Part shown: positions 18,232-27,067 of the stretch, one piece after another
Numbering within the stretch: the first letter of the stretch is position 1
Layout: each line of letters begins with the position of its first letter
NCBI GenBank assembly: GCA_011046015.1
Contig: DSBO01000164.1
Location: 1 to 40,478 of the forward strand
DNA: 40,478 nucleotides
Direction of reading: 5' to 3'
From: Thioalkalivibrio sp.
Lineage (GTDB): Bacteria; Pseudomonadota; Gammaproteobacteria; SpSt-1174
Program-made: the position numbers and the translations under genes
Notes under the pieces: generated by a model
The model's database searches: none
Told to the model about the DNA's origin: nothing
What the model saw: the letters and a program-made list of their open reading frames with translations, nothing else

Positions 18232-19656
18232 ATGCGCATGAAGACCAGATTTAACTGCAAGTCGTTGAAAGACTTGATACTATACCTGTTTCGTTACCCT
18301 TTCCGACAAGACGGGTCCGTGTCGAACTCCAAGCCCCGCATCTACGCCCGGTCCGAGCACCCCATCTCCCGGGCCAACATCAGCCAGAATGCACTCAAGG
18401 TGCTGTACCGCCTGCACGAGGCCGGCTATCAGGCCTTCCTCGTCGGCGGCGGTGTGCGCGACCTCCTGCTGGGGCGGGAGCCGAAGGATTTCGATGTCGC
18501 CACGGACGCCAGCCCTGACGAGGTGCGCGAGCTGTTTCGCAACTGTCGCCTGATCGGGCGGCGCTTTCGGCTCGCCCACGTGCATTTCGGGCGCGAGATC
18601 ATCGAGGTCGCGACCTTCCGGGCGCCCCACGAGGATGAGGACGAAGCGGACAATGGCACCGCTGCCGTCACCGCCGACGACGGCCGTATCCTGCGCGACA
18701 ACGTCTACGGCACGCTGGACCAGGACGCCTGGCGGCGCGATTTCACCGTCAATGCCCTGTACTACAACATTGCCGACTTCTCGGTGGTCGATTTCGTCGG
18801 CGGCATGAAGGACCTCGAGCGGGGCCGGCTGCGCGTGATCGGCGACCCCGACGTCCGTTTTCGCGAGGATCCGGTGCGTATGCTGCGCGCCGTGCGTTTC
18901 GCCGCCAAGCTGGGCTTTCGCATCGACCCCGAGGTCGAGGCCGCCATGCACGAGCTGTCGGACCTGCTGGCCGAGATCAGCCCGGCGCGGCTGTTCGACG
19001 AGGTGCTCAAGCTCTTTCACGGCGGCAGCGCCGTGCAGACCTTCGAGATGCTGCGCCACTACGGCCTGTTCGCGCACCTGTTTCCGCTCACCGAGGAGGC
19101 GCTGGCCCACGAGGAGCAGGGTTTCCCCATCACCTTCGTCATGAATGCCCTGGCCAACACCGACGCGCGCATCAACGAGGACAAGCCGGTGACCCCGGCC
19201 TTCCTCTACGCGGCCCTGTTGTGGGAGCCGCTGCGCCACGAGGCCGAGGCCATCATGGCCGAGGACGACATGCCCGAGATCCCGGCCATGCAGCAGGCGG
19301 CGCACAACATCATGAGCCTGCAACAGCGCGCCACCTCGATCCCCAAGCGCTTCAGCCTGCCCATGCGCGAGATCTGGACGCTGCAGCCGCGCTTTCGCTA
19401 CAAGTCGGGCAAGCGTGCCCTGCGGCTGGCGGCGCATCCACGCTTTCGCGCCGCCTACGACTTCCTCTGCCTGCGCAGCCGCTCGGGCGAGTTGCCGCCG
19501 GAAGACTGCCGGTGGTGGACCGAGTTCCAGGAGACCGACGCCTCCGGCCAGCAGCAGCTGATGACCTCGGGCGGGGCGGCCGGCCGCGAGGGCGGCAAGC
19601 CGAAGCGCCGCCGGCGTCGCCGCCGGCCACCGAAGAAGGCCCCCAGTGGTGACTGA
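18232..19656 (+). CDS. pcnB: Poly(A) polymerase I (PcnB); start uncertain (ATG 18232 is the maximal start, GTG 18319 is favoured by composition)
   Basis: ISQNALKVLYRLHEAGYQAFLVGGGVRDLLLGREPKDFDVATDA...RLIGRRFRLAHV, basic C-terminal tail. Followed by folK, as in E. coli. Confidence 0.85.
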   Translation: MRMKTRFNCKSLKDLILYLFRYPFRQDGSVSNSKPRIYARSEHPISRANISQNALKVLYRLHEAGYQAFLVGGGVRDLLLGREPKDFDVATDASPDEVRELFRNCRLIGRRFRLAHVHFGREIIEVATFRAPHEDEDEADNGTAAVTADDGRILRDNVYGTLDQDAWRRDFTVNALYYNIADFSVVDFVGGMKDLERGRLRVIGDPDVRFREDPVRMLRAVRFAAKLGFRIDPEVEAAMHELSDLLAEISPARLFDEVLKLFHGGSAVQTFEMLRHYGLFAHLFPLTEEALAHEEQGFPITFVMNALANTDARINEDKPVTPAFLYAALLWEPLRHEAEAIMAEDDMPEIPAMQQAAHNIMSLQQRATSIPKRFSLPMREIWTLQPRFRYKSGKRALRLAAHPRFRAAYDFLCLRSRSGELPPEDCRWWTEFQETDASGQQQLMTSGGAAGREGGKPKRRRRRRRPPKKAPSGD

Positions 19657-19660
19657 GCCC

Positions 19661-20158
19661 ATGGACGGGACGGTCGCCTACATCGGGCTCGGCAGCAATC
19701 TCGACGACCCCGCGGCCCAGGTGGCGCGGGCACTGGACGAGCTCGCGGCCATCGACGGCCTCGAGGTGACCGCCTGCTCGCGGCTCTATCACAACCCGCC
19801 CATGGGGCCGCAGGACCAGCCGGATTACATCAATGCCGTTGCTCGTGTGCTCACCAGGCTGCCGGCCGAGGTCCTGCTGGATGAACTGCTGGCCATCGAG
19901 CAGGCCCACGGCCGGGTGCGCGGTGGGGAGCACTGGGGTCCGCGCACCCTCGACCTGGACCTGCTGGTCTACGGCGAGGCGGTGATCGAGACCGGGCGGC
20001 TCACGGTGCCGCACCCGGGGTTAGCCGAGCGCGCCTTCGTCCTCTATCCCCTGCAGGAGATCGAGCCCGGGCTTCGGATTCCGCGCCTCGGTGCCCTGGC
20101 CGAGCTGTGCCGGCGTTGCCCGCGTGACGGCCTGCGTCCACTGGACCCTGTGGCATGA
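19661..20158 (+). CDS. folK: 2-amino-4-hydroxy-6-hydroxymethyldihydropteridine diphosphokinase
   Basis: MDGTVAYIGLGSNLDDP..., GPRTLDLDLL. ATG 19661 matches orthologue N-termini; the ORF track starts at GTG 19646. Confidence 0.9.
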   Translation: MDGTVAYIGLGSNLDDPAAQVARALDELAAIDGLEVTACSRLYHNPPMGPQDQPDYINAVARVLTRLPAEVLLDELLAIEQAHGRVRGGEHWGPRTLDLDLLVYGEAVIETGRLTVPHPGLAERAFVLYPLQEIEPGLRIPRLGALAELCRRCPRDGLRPLDPVA

Positions 20159-20805
20159 GTCAGGACGTTCCCGCCTATATCGTCATCGAGGGTCCGATCG
20201 GCGTCGGCAAGACCACGCTGGCGCGGCGCCTGTCTCGGGACTTCGGCACCGAGCTGTTGCTGGAGGAGCCGGACGAGAACCCGTTTCTCGAACGCTTCTA
20301 CCAGGATCCGAAGGCCGGCGCCCTGCCTGCCCAGCTGTACTTCCTCATGCAGCGCGTGCGCCAGATGCGCGAGCTCAGGCAGGGGGACATGTTTCGTCCG
20401 GTGCGCATCGCCGATTTCCTCATCGACAAGGACCGCCTGTTCGCCGGCCTCACCCTGGATGCGGACGAGCTGGCACTGTACGAACAGGTCTACCAGCAGA
20501 TGACGATCGATGCGCCGATGCCGGACCTGGTTGTCTACCTGCAGGCGCCCGTGGAGGTGCTGCTGCGGCGTATCGCCGGGCGCGGGCGGCACTATGAGCA
20601 GTCCATCGATGCCGCCTACCTGCAGCGGCTGTGCGATGCATACACGGAATTCTTCTATCACTATAATGACACGCCCCTGCTGATCGTGAATGCCAGCGAG
20701 ATCGACCTGGTGAACCGCGAACCGGACTACCAGGCCCTGCTGGAGCAGATCCGCACCCTGCACAGTGGTCGCCACTATTTCAATCCGCTGCCGTTCGCCA
20801 TGTAA
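20155..20805 (+). CDS. Deoxynucleoside kinase family protein
   Basis: P-loop IVIEGPIGVGKTTLA, ...EEPDENPFLERFY..., dNK-like length of 216 aa. ATGA overlap with the folK stop. Confidence 0.8.
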   Translation: MSQDVPAYIVIEGPIGVGKTTLARRLSRDFGTELLLEEPDENPFLERFYQDPKAGALPAQLYFLMQRVRQMRELRQGDMFRPVRIADFLIDKDRLFAGLTLDADELALYEQVYQQMTIDAPMPDLVVYLQAPVEVLLRRIAGRGRHYEQSIDAAYLQRLCDAYTEFFYHYNDTPLLIVNASEIDLVNREPDYQALLEQIRTLHSGRHYFNPLPFAM

Positions 20806-20833
20806 TCAGGGTCAGCCCCGTACAGGATCACGC

Positions 20834-21649
20834 ATGAGTCGACACCAGGAAGTTCGCCGCACCACCGTCACCCGCCTGCAGAAGCTCAAGGCCGAAGGCG
20901 AGAAGATCGCCTGCCTGACGGCCTACGACGCGAGCTTCGCACGCGCGCTGGATGCCGCCGGCGTGGACGTGATCCTGGTCGGTGATTCGCTGGGCATGGT
21001 AGTACAGGGACATGACACCACCGTGCCGGTGACCGTCGAGGACGTGCTCTACCACACGCGCTGTGTGGCGCGTGGCTGCGAGCGCGCGCTGCTCATGGCC
21101 GACATGCCCTTCATGAGCTATCCCACGCCCGAGCGTGCCCTGGACAATGCCGCCCGCTTCCTGCAGGAGGGCGGGGCGCAGATGGTCAAGCTCGAGGGCG
21201 GGGCGGCGCAGGAGGCGACCGTGCGTCTGCTCGCGCTAAACGGCATCCCGGTCTGCGCCCACCTCGGTCTCAAGCCGCAGTCCATCCACAAGCTGGGGGC
21301 CTACCGGGTGCAGGGGCGCGAGGCGGCGGCTGCCGATGCCATGGTGCGAGACGCCCTCGCGCTGGCCGAGGCCGGCGCCGACCTGCTGCTGCTCGAGTGC
21401 GTGCCCTCGGCCCTGGCCGACCGGATCCGCGACGCCGTGACCATCCCGGTGATCGGCATTGGCGCCGGCGCGGGCTGCGATGGGCAGATCCTGGTTCTGC
21501 ACGACGTGCTGGGCCTGACCGGTGCGGGTGACATGCCGCGGTTTGCAAAGGACTTTCTCGCCGGCAACGACGGCATCGAGGCGGCGGTCCGCGACTACGT
21601 CGAGCAGGTCAAGGCGGGCCGTTTCCCGGCGGCCGAACACGCGTTCTGA
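20834..21649 (+). CDS. panB: 3-methyl-2-oxobutanoate hydroxymethyltransferase
   Basis: KIACLTAYDASFA, VGDSLGMVVQGHDTT, KLEGG. Start at internal ATG 20834. Confidence 0.95.
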   Translation: MSRHQEVRRTTVTRLQKLKAEGEKIACLTAYDASFARALDAAGVDVILVGDSLGMVVQGHDTTVPVTVEDVLYHTRCVARGCERALLMADMPFMSYPTPERALDNAARFLQEGGAQMVKLEGGAAQEATVRLLALNGIPVCAHLGLKPQSIHKLGAYRVQGREAAAADAMVRDALALAEAGADLLLLECVPSALADRIRDAVTIPVIGIGAGAGCDGQILVLHDVLGLTGAGDMPRFAKDFLAGNDGIEAAVRDYVEQVKAGRFPAAEHAF

Positions 21650-22542
21650 TGCGCCGTGCAGCGACCATCGCCGGCCTGCGCGAGGCGGTTGATGCGTGGC
21701 GTCGGCAGGGCATGCGCGTCGCCCTGGTGCCCACCATGGGCAACCTGCACGCCGGGCACCTGGCCCTGGTGGCCCGCGCCCGCGAACTCGCCGACCGGGT
21801 GGTCGTCTCCGTGTTCGTCAATCCCCTGCAGTTTGACCGGCCCGATGACCTGGCGGCCTATCCGCGCACGCTCGAGCAGGACGCGGCGGCGCTGGACGCG
21901 GTGGGCGCCGACCTGCTGTTCGCGCCCGCGGAGCGGGAGGTCTATCCGGCCGGGGGCAGCCTCACCCGCATCGAGGTCGAGGGCGTGACGGCGGTGCTGG
22001 AGGGGGCGGCGCGCCCCGGGCATTTCACCGGTGTGGCCACGGTGGTCGCCAAGCTCTTCAACATGGCCCAGCCCGACGTGGCGGTGTTCGGCGAGAAGGA
22101 CTGGCAACAACTGCTGGTGATCCGGCGCCTGGTCGCCGACCTCGACTTTCCCGTGGTCATCGAGGGCCTGCCCACCGTGCGCGAGGCCGACGGCCTGGCC
22201 CTGAGCTCGCGCAACGGCTACCTCGCGCCCGAGGAGCGGCAGCGCGCGCCGCGGCTCTACGCCACCCTGGTGCAGCTGGTCGAGGCCCTGCGCGCGGGGG
22301 AGGACGACATCCCCCGCCTCGAGGCCCAGGCCGGCGAGGCCCTTGAAAAGGCGGGCTTTCGCCCCGACTACATCAGCGTGCGCCGCGCAGCGGATCTGGC
22401 CCTGCCCGGGCCGGCGGATCGCGAACTCATCGTGCTCGCGGCGGCCTGGCTGGGGCGGGCGCGCCTGATCGACAACCTCCCCTTCGAGCTGTCCGGGGCT
22501 CCGGGGGACGCCCCCCGCGAAGGTTTGAAGCAGGCGCACTAA
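21649..22542 (+). CDS. panC: Pantoate--beta-alanine ligase
   Basis: VPTMGNLHAGHLALV, FVNPLQF, FGEKDWQQ. TGATG overlap with panB. Confidence 0.95.
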   Translation: MRRAATIAGLREAVDAWRRQGMRVALVPTMGNLHAGHLALVARARELADRVVVSVFVNPLQFDRPDDLAAYPRTLEQDAAALDAVGADLLFAPAEREVYPAGGSLTRIEVEGVTAVLEGAARPGHFTGVATVVAKLFNMAQPDVAVFGEKDWQQLLVIRRLVADLDFPVVIEGLPTVREADGLALSSRNGYLAPEERQRAPRLYATLVQLVEALRAGEDDIPRLEAQAGEALEKAGFRPDYISVRRAADLALPGPADRELIVLAAAWLGRARLIDNLPFELSGAPGDAPREGLKQAH

Positions 22543-22620
22543 TCCCGCATAATTGTCGATCCGGTCGGCCATCAGGGTCGCCGGTCTGACGTTCAACAGC
22601 GATACCGAGGTTTTACAGGC

Positions 22621-23001
22621 ATGCATCTGACCCTGCTCAAGGCCAAGCTGCACCAGGCGCGCGTGACCCACGCGGAGCTGGAGTATGAGGGTTCCTGCGC
22701 GATTGACGGGCGGCTGCTCGACACCGCCGGTATCCATGAGTACGAACAGATCCAGATCTACAACATGAACAACGGCGAACGGTTCACGACCTATGCCATC
22801 CGTGCCGAGGACGGCAGCGGTGTCATCTCGGTGAACGGCGCCGCTGCGCGGCTCGCCTCCCCCGGCGACCGCGTCATCATCTGTGCCTACGCGCAGATCG
22901 ACAAGGCCGAGGTGGCCGAGTTCAAGCCCAACCTCGTCTACGTCAACGAGCGTAACCAGATCACCCGCACCAGTCACCAGATCCCGGTGCAGGCCGCCTG
23001 A
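22621..23001 (+). CDS. panD: Aspartate 1-decarboxylase
   Basis: [29 protein letters not shown] (self-cleavage Gly-Ser). 126 aa. Confidence 0.95.
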   Translation: MHLTLLKAKLHQARVTHAELEYEGSCAIDGRLLDTAGIHEYEQIQIYNMNNGERFTTYAIRAEDGSGVISVNGAAARLASPGDRVIICAYAQIDKAEVAEFKPNLVYVNERNQITRTSHQIPVQAA

Positions 23002-23013
23002 GGCGGCCTGCAC
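22987..23013 (+). terminator. Perfect 12-bp hairpin GTGCAGGCCGCC-TGA-GGCGGCCTGCAC with the panD stop codon as its loop; no U-tract
   Basis: Read directly from the sequence. Confidence 0.35.
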
Positions 23014-23463
23014 GCACCCGCACCGCGCCCCCCGGTCACGGGTGGGCCGGGCCGCGGGGCCCGAAAGCAATCCTCACGCCACAGGCGCCTGCCTGGTCCC
23101 ATACCCCCGCCGCGGCGGATGCAAAAAAGCAGTCGAAGTGCGGCGTCGCATGGCGCGTAGCCGGTGATCCGGGGAAGGCGGGCCGCCTGCAGACCGTGCG
23201 CCCGGGCGATTCTGCGGATCTACACCATGTTCATGACGGCGTCTCCCGTGGGCAGACTGTCGTGGCAAACGTCGTTCCCGTGACGTGATCGCGCGATTTC
23301 CATCGGTTCCGGTGGCCCCTTGCGGGTGCATCCGGGGGATCGGCGCCCCCGCGGCGTGCATGCGGTCCGGGGATTCGGGCGGCGGACACGGGGCCAAGTG
23401 TGAACGGCATCACGTTTTGTCGCCGCCGCCTGTGAACCCATTCATGTTCCGCGGTTTTTCACG

Positions 23464-23491
23464 TTGTATGACGGCGGGCTGGAATTAATAT
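23464..23491 (+). promoter_or_regulatory. Putative promoter TTGTAT-N16-TAATAT for the small secreted Sel1 gene
   Basis: Hexamers at 23464-23469 and 23486-23491 in the only AT-rich part of the panD-Sel1 spacer. Strong SD AAGGGGAGG before ATG 23547. Confidence 0.4.
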
Positions 23492-23546
23492 TGCAGTACA
23501 ACAAAATGAATGACACGACCACCACGAGAGCAAAGGGGAGGCCAGG

Positions 23547-23948
23547 ATGACGAAAGTCATGATTGCTCTTGCGATGTTGATGTGCGGCGTGGTGACGCTG
23601 GGCATGACCCAGCAGGCCGTCGCCAGTGATTCGGTCGAGCTCTACGAGCGCGGGCTGGATCAGCTGTACGGTAGCAACGGCGCGGAACAGAACCCGCAGG
23701 AGGCCGTGCGCTGCCTGACCGAACTCGCAGAGAGGGGATGGGCCATCGCCCAGTTCAAGCTGGGTGAGATCTACCACCAGGGGATAGGGGTCGCGGGTGA
23801 CCGCGTCGAGGCCTTCAAATGGTACTCGCAGGCGGCCCGCCAGCATTACCTGCCGGCCGAGGAACGGCTGGCGGAGCTCAGAAAGGAGATGGACTCCCGG
23901 GAACGGCGTGACGCCGCGCGTGTCGCCGTCCTCGATACGCGGATCTGA
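23547..23948 (+). CDS. Small secreted Sel1-like repeat protein
   Basis: Signal peptide MTKVMIALAMLMCGVVTLGMTQQAVA. SLR units (AQFKLGEIYHQGIGVAGDRVEAFKWYSQAARQ). 133 aa. Confidence 0.75.
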   Translation: MTKVMIALAMLMCGVVTLGMTQQAVASDSVELYERGLDQLYGSNGAEQNPQEAVRCLTELAERGWAIAQFKLGEIYHQGIGVAGDRVEAFKWYSQAARQHYLPAEERLAELRKEMDSRERRDAARVAVLDTRI

Positions 23949-24001
23949 CGCGTCCGCGCCCAAACGGAATCAACCAGTTTGCTTTGCATTGTCCGGCATT
24001 A

Positions 24002-24030
24002 GCCCCCTCATCCGAGGGGGCATTTTTTTG
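24002..24030 (+). terminator. Rho-independent terminator GCCCCCTC-ATCC-GAGGGGGC followed by ATTTTTTT, lying between the convergent Sel1 and ppc genes
   Basis: 8-bp GC stem plus a T7 tract, read directly. On the minus strand the stem is preceded by an A-tract, so it may also serve ppc. Confidence 0.75.
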
Positions 24031-24063
24031 CCCGGCCGTTTCCTGGCTGAAAAGCGCCGGCAC

Positions 24064-26889
24064 CTAGCCGGTGTTGCGCATGCCGGCCGCGATGGCGTTG
24101 ATGCTGCGCAGCAGCGGGCTCAACCAGGCGGCGTTCATGGTGGCATCCAGGTCAATGGAGCGCGTGCGTCGGATCAGGGTGATCTGGATGTGGTTGAGCG
24201 GATCCAGGTACGGGTTGCGCCGTGACAGCGAGAGTGCCAAGGCCTCGTTTTCCGCCAGCAGGTGGTCTTCCTGCACCACCTCGAGTACGTTGTTCACCGT
24301 ACGTTCGTATTCATCCCGCACCTTGCCGAAGATGCCTTTCGCCTGCTCCGGCCTGCTGCTGAGCTGGGCGTATTCCTCGGCGGTCTCCATGTCGGCCTTG
24401 AACAGCGACATCTGCACGTTGCTCAAGAGTGCGCGGAAGTAGGGCCAGTCGCGGTACATCTGGCGCAGGCGCTCGAGGTTCTCCGAGTCGTCCTGGCGCA
24501 CGCGCTCCAGCGCCGAACCGATGCCGTACCAGGCGGGCAGGGTATGGCGTGACTGCGCCCAGCCGAATACCCAGGGAATGGCGCGGATCGAGCCCTTGGA
24601 GCGGTCGGTCTGCTTGCGATGGGAGGGGCGCGAGCCGATGTTGAGCTGGCCGATCTCCATCACTGGTGTGACCTCGTAGAAGTAGTCGAGGAAGCCGGCG
24701 GTACGGTCCGTGAGGTCGCGGTAGCTATCCTCGCCGTACTGCGACATCTTCTCCATGATGCTCTTGGATGCGGCCGGTTCGGCGATCGATTTCTCCACCA
24801 GGCCGCGGCTGGCCTTGAGCAGGCCGGTGGCGCCCATGGTGAGCTCGTAGGCGGCCGTCTCCACGTTGCTGTACTTGTACGACAGCACCTCGCCCTGTTC
24901 GGTGAACTTGATCTGGCCGTGTACCGTGCCGGCCGGCTGGGAGAGGATGGCCTCGTGGGTGGGGCCGCCGCCGCGACCCACCGTGCCGCCGCGACCGTGA
25001 AACAGGCGGCATTCCACGCCGTGCTCGCCGGTCAGGCGGATGATGTTCTGCTGGGCCTGGTAGAGGTTCCAGGAGGAGGAGATGATGCCGCCGTCCTTGC
25101 AGGAGTCGGAGTAGCCGAGCATGACCTCCTGCAGGTTGCCTGCCACGCGCAGCAGCGCGGCATAGGTCGGGTTGCCGAGCAGGTCGGTGAGCACCTGTTC
25201 GACGTGCTTGAGGTCCTCGATGGTCTCGAACAGCGGGGAGATCAGGATGTCGCAGAACCATTCGCCGTCGCGTTGGCCGGCCAGCCCGGCCAGGCGCGCC
25301 AGCAGCATGACCTCCATCACGTGGCTGGCGGTATGCGTCATGGAGATGACGTAGGTGCCGAAGGTATCGGGGCCGGCTTCTTCGCGCATGCCGGCCATCA
25401 CGCCAAACGTCGCCAGGGTCTCGCGCGCCTGCTCGCCCAGGGCACCGGTGTCCACCGCCGGCAGCGCGTCCTCGCTGATCAGGCGACTCAGTGCCTCCAG
25501 GCGTCCCGCCTCGTCCAGCCCGCGGTAGTCGAGCTCGGGGGCGATCTGCGCTAGGATCTCCACGACCGCGTTGGTGTGCACGGTGGATTCCTGGCGGATG
25601 TCCAGGTTGAGCAGGTGAAAGCCGAAGCTTTCCACCAGGCGAATCAGGTCCTTGAGCCGTCCGTTGGCGATGTTGCCGTCGCCGTGGCTCGTGAGCGACT
25701 CGTGCATCACGTACAGGTCGGCCAGGAGCTCCTGCGGGGCGGCATAGGCCACCGACGGGAGCACGGCACGCTCGCCCTCCAGGCGCCGGCGCACGGTCTT
25801 GAGCGTCTCGCGCAGGCGATAGGCGATGAAATAGAGCTTACGGCGGTAGGGCTCGGTGCGGAACCGGTCGGGGTAGCCGCCGAACACCAGGTTGCTGATG
25901 CCCTCATCCTGCGCGAGGCTCTCGATGAAGGCCTCGGAGGGCTGGCAGAGCAGGATGGAGTGGGTGAGGATGTGGCGCAGTGCGTCGACGTGCTTGAGGT
26001 ATTCCTCCAGCACCTCCTGCATCTGCAGGCGCACGGCCAGCTCGGTGACGTCCGGGGTGACGTTGGGATTGCCGTCGCGGTCGCCGCCGATCCAGGAGCC
26101 GAAGCGGATGAAGCTCGGCACCTCGATCACCGGGGAACCGTCCTCGCGCAGCCCGTAGGTACGGCGTACCGCCTTCTCGAAGAAGCGGTAGGTGGTGGGC
26201 ACCGCCTCGAACAGGCTCTCCTGGAAATAGAACAGGCCGTACTTGATCTCGTCGCGCACCTGCGGTTTCTTGGTGCGCACCTCGTTGGTGCGCCACAGGA
26301 TCTGGATCTGGGTCTGCAGCTCGTCGGTGATGTCCTGGCGCTCTTCCTTCGACAGCTTCGGGTTGTCGAGTTTGTTGCTGGCGAGGAAGATGCGGCGCTG
26401 GGCCTCCATGATGGAGCGGCGACGGGCCTCGGTCGGGTGCGCGGTGAACACCGGCATGTAGCGTAGCTTCTCGATCAGCGTCTGCACCTGGCCGGGGTCG
26501 ATGCCCTGGTCGTGAAACTCGCGCAGGGTGTGGTCGAAGGAACCGCGCCATAGCGGGCCACCCGCGTGCAGCTGGCGCCGGCGCCAGCGGTGTGCCCAGG
26601 CCTCCTCGGCGATGTTGGCCAGCATGAAGTAGATGCTGAAGGCGCGGATGACCTGCTCCAGGGTCTGGACATCGAGGTCGTCGATGAAGGCCATCAGCTT
26701 CGCGCGCCGGGCGGGGTCGTCCTTCTTGCGCAGGCCGATGTAGCCCTTGCGCAGCTTCTCCACCGCATCGTAGACCGCCTGGCCCGCATGATCGCGCAGC
26801 AGGTTGCCGAGCAGCGTGCCCAGCAGCTTGACGCGTGAGCGCAATTCCTTGTCCTGCGGTCCGGTTTGCGTGTTCAGTGCAGCATTCAT
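24064..26889 (-). CDS. ppc: Phosphoenolpyruvate carboxylase
   Basis: VFTAHPTE, MLGYSDSCKDGG, FHGRGGTVGRGGGP, C-terminal ...GMRNTG. Start at internal ATG 26889 (MNAALNTQ...). Confidence 0.95.
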   Translation of the reverse strand: MNAALNTQTGPQDKELRSRVKLLGTLLGNLLRDHAGQAVYDAVEKLRKGYIGLRKKDDPARRAKLMAFIDDLDVQTLEQVIRAFSIYFMLANIAEEAWAHRWRRRQLHAGGPLWRGSFDHTLREFHDQGIDPGQVQTLIEKLRYMPVFTAHPTEARRRSIMEAQRRIFLASNKLDNPKLSKEERQDITDELQTQIQILWRTNEVRTKKPQVRDEIKYGLFYFQESLFEAVPTTYRFFEKAVRRTYGLREDGSPVIEVPSFIRFGSWIGGDRDGNPNVTPDVTELAVRLQMQEVLEEYLKHVDALRHILTHSILLCQPSEAFIESLAQDEGISNLVFGGYPDRFRTEPYRRKLYFIAYRLRETLKTVRRRLEGERAVLPSVAYAAPQELLADLYVMHESLTSHGDGNIANGRLKDLIRLVESFGFHLLNLDIRQESTVHTNAVVEILAQIAPELDYRGLDEAGRLEALSRLISEDALPAVDTGALGEQARETLATFGVMAGMREEAGPDTFGTYVISMTHTASHVMEVMLLARLAGLAGQRDGEWFCDILISPLFETIEDLKHVEQVLTDLLGNPTYAALLRVAGNLQEVMLGYSDSCKDGGIISSSWNLYQAQQNIIRLTGEHGVECRLFHGRGGTVGRGGGPTHEAILSQPAGTVHGQIKFTEQGEVLSYKYSNVETAAYELTMGATGLLKASRGLVEKSIAEPAASKSIMEKMSQYGEDSYRDLTDRTAGFLDYFYEVTPVMEIGQLNIGSRPSHRKQTDRSKGSIRAIPWVFGWAQSRHTLPAWYGIGSALERVRQDDSENLERLRQMYRDWPYFRALLSNVQMSLFKADMETAEEYAQLSSRPEQAKGIFGKVRDEYERTVNNVLEVVQEDHLLAENEALALSLSRRNPYLDPLNHIQITLIRRTRSIDLDATMNAAWLSPLLRSINAIAAGMRNTG

Positions 26890-26995
26890 AGACAAAACGA
26901 TCCCCCGCGGCTCGTGGCCGGTGGTGTGCTCGATTGGAAGAAGTCCCCCCGCACGGGGCGCAAAACGCGCCAGCCCCGGGCAAAAACAGCCGCAC

Positions 26996-27026
26996 ATTAT
27001 ACCGTGGGGAGCAGGAGCGATGGCAA
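26996..27026 (-). promoter_or_regulatory. Putative ppc promoter TTGCCA-N19-TATAAT (minus strand)
   Basis: Reverse complement of 27021-27026 and 26996-27001. The spacer is long, so confidence is low. Confidence 0.3.
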
Positions 27027-27067
27027 CCCGGGCCCGCGAGGCCTGGTCTTTCGCCCGCGTGGCGGGC

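Noticed and set aside
23074-23488. Small ORFs in the panD-Sel1 spacer (107 aa -, 73 aa -, 60 aa -, 67 aa +) as possible novel small proteins
   Set aside because: Pro/Arg/Gly-rich, no SD or start context, lower GC3 than real genes, and mutually overlapping. They are treated as non-coding, and the region is flagged as a finding instead.
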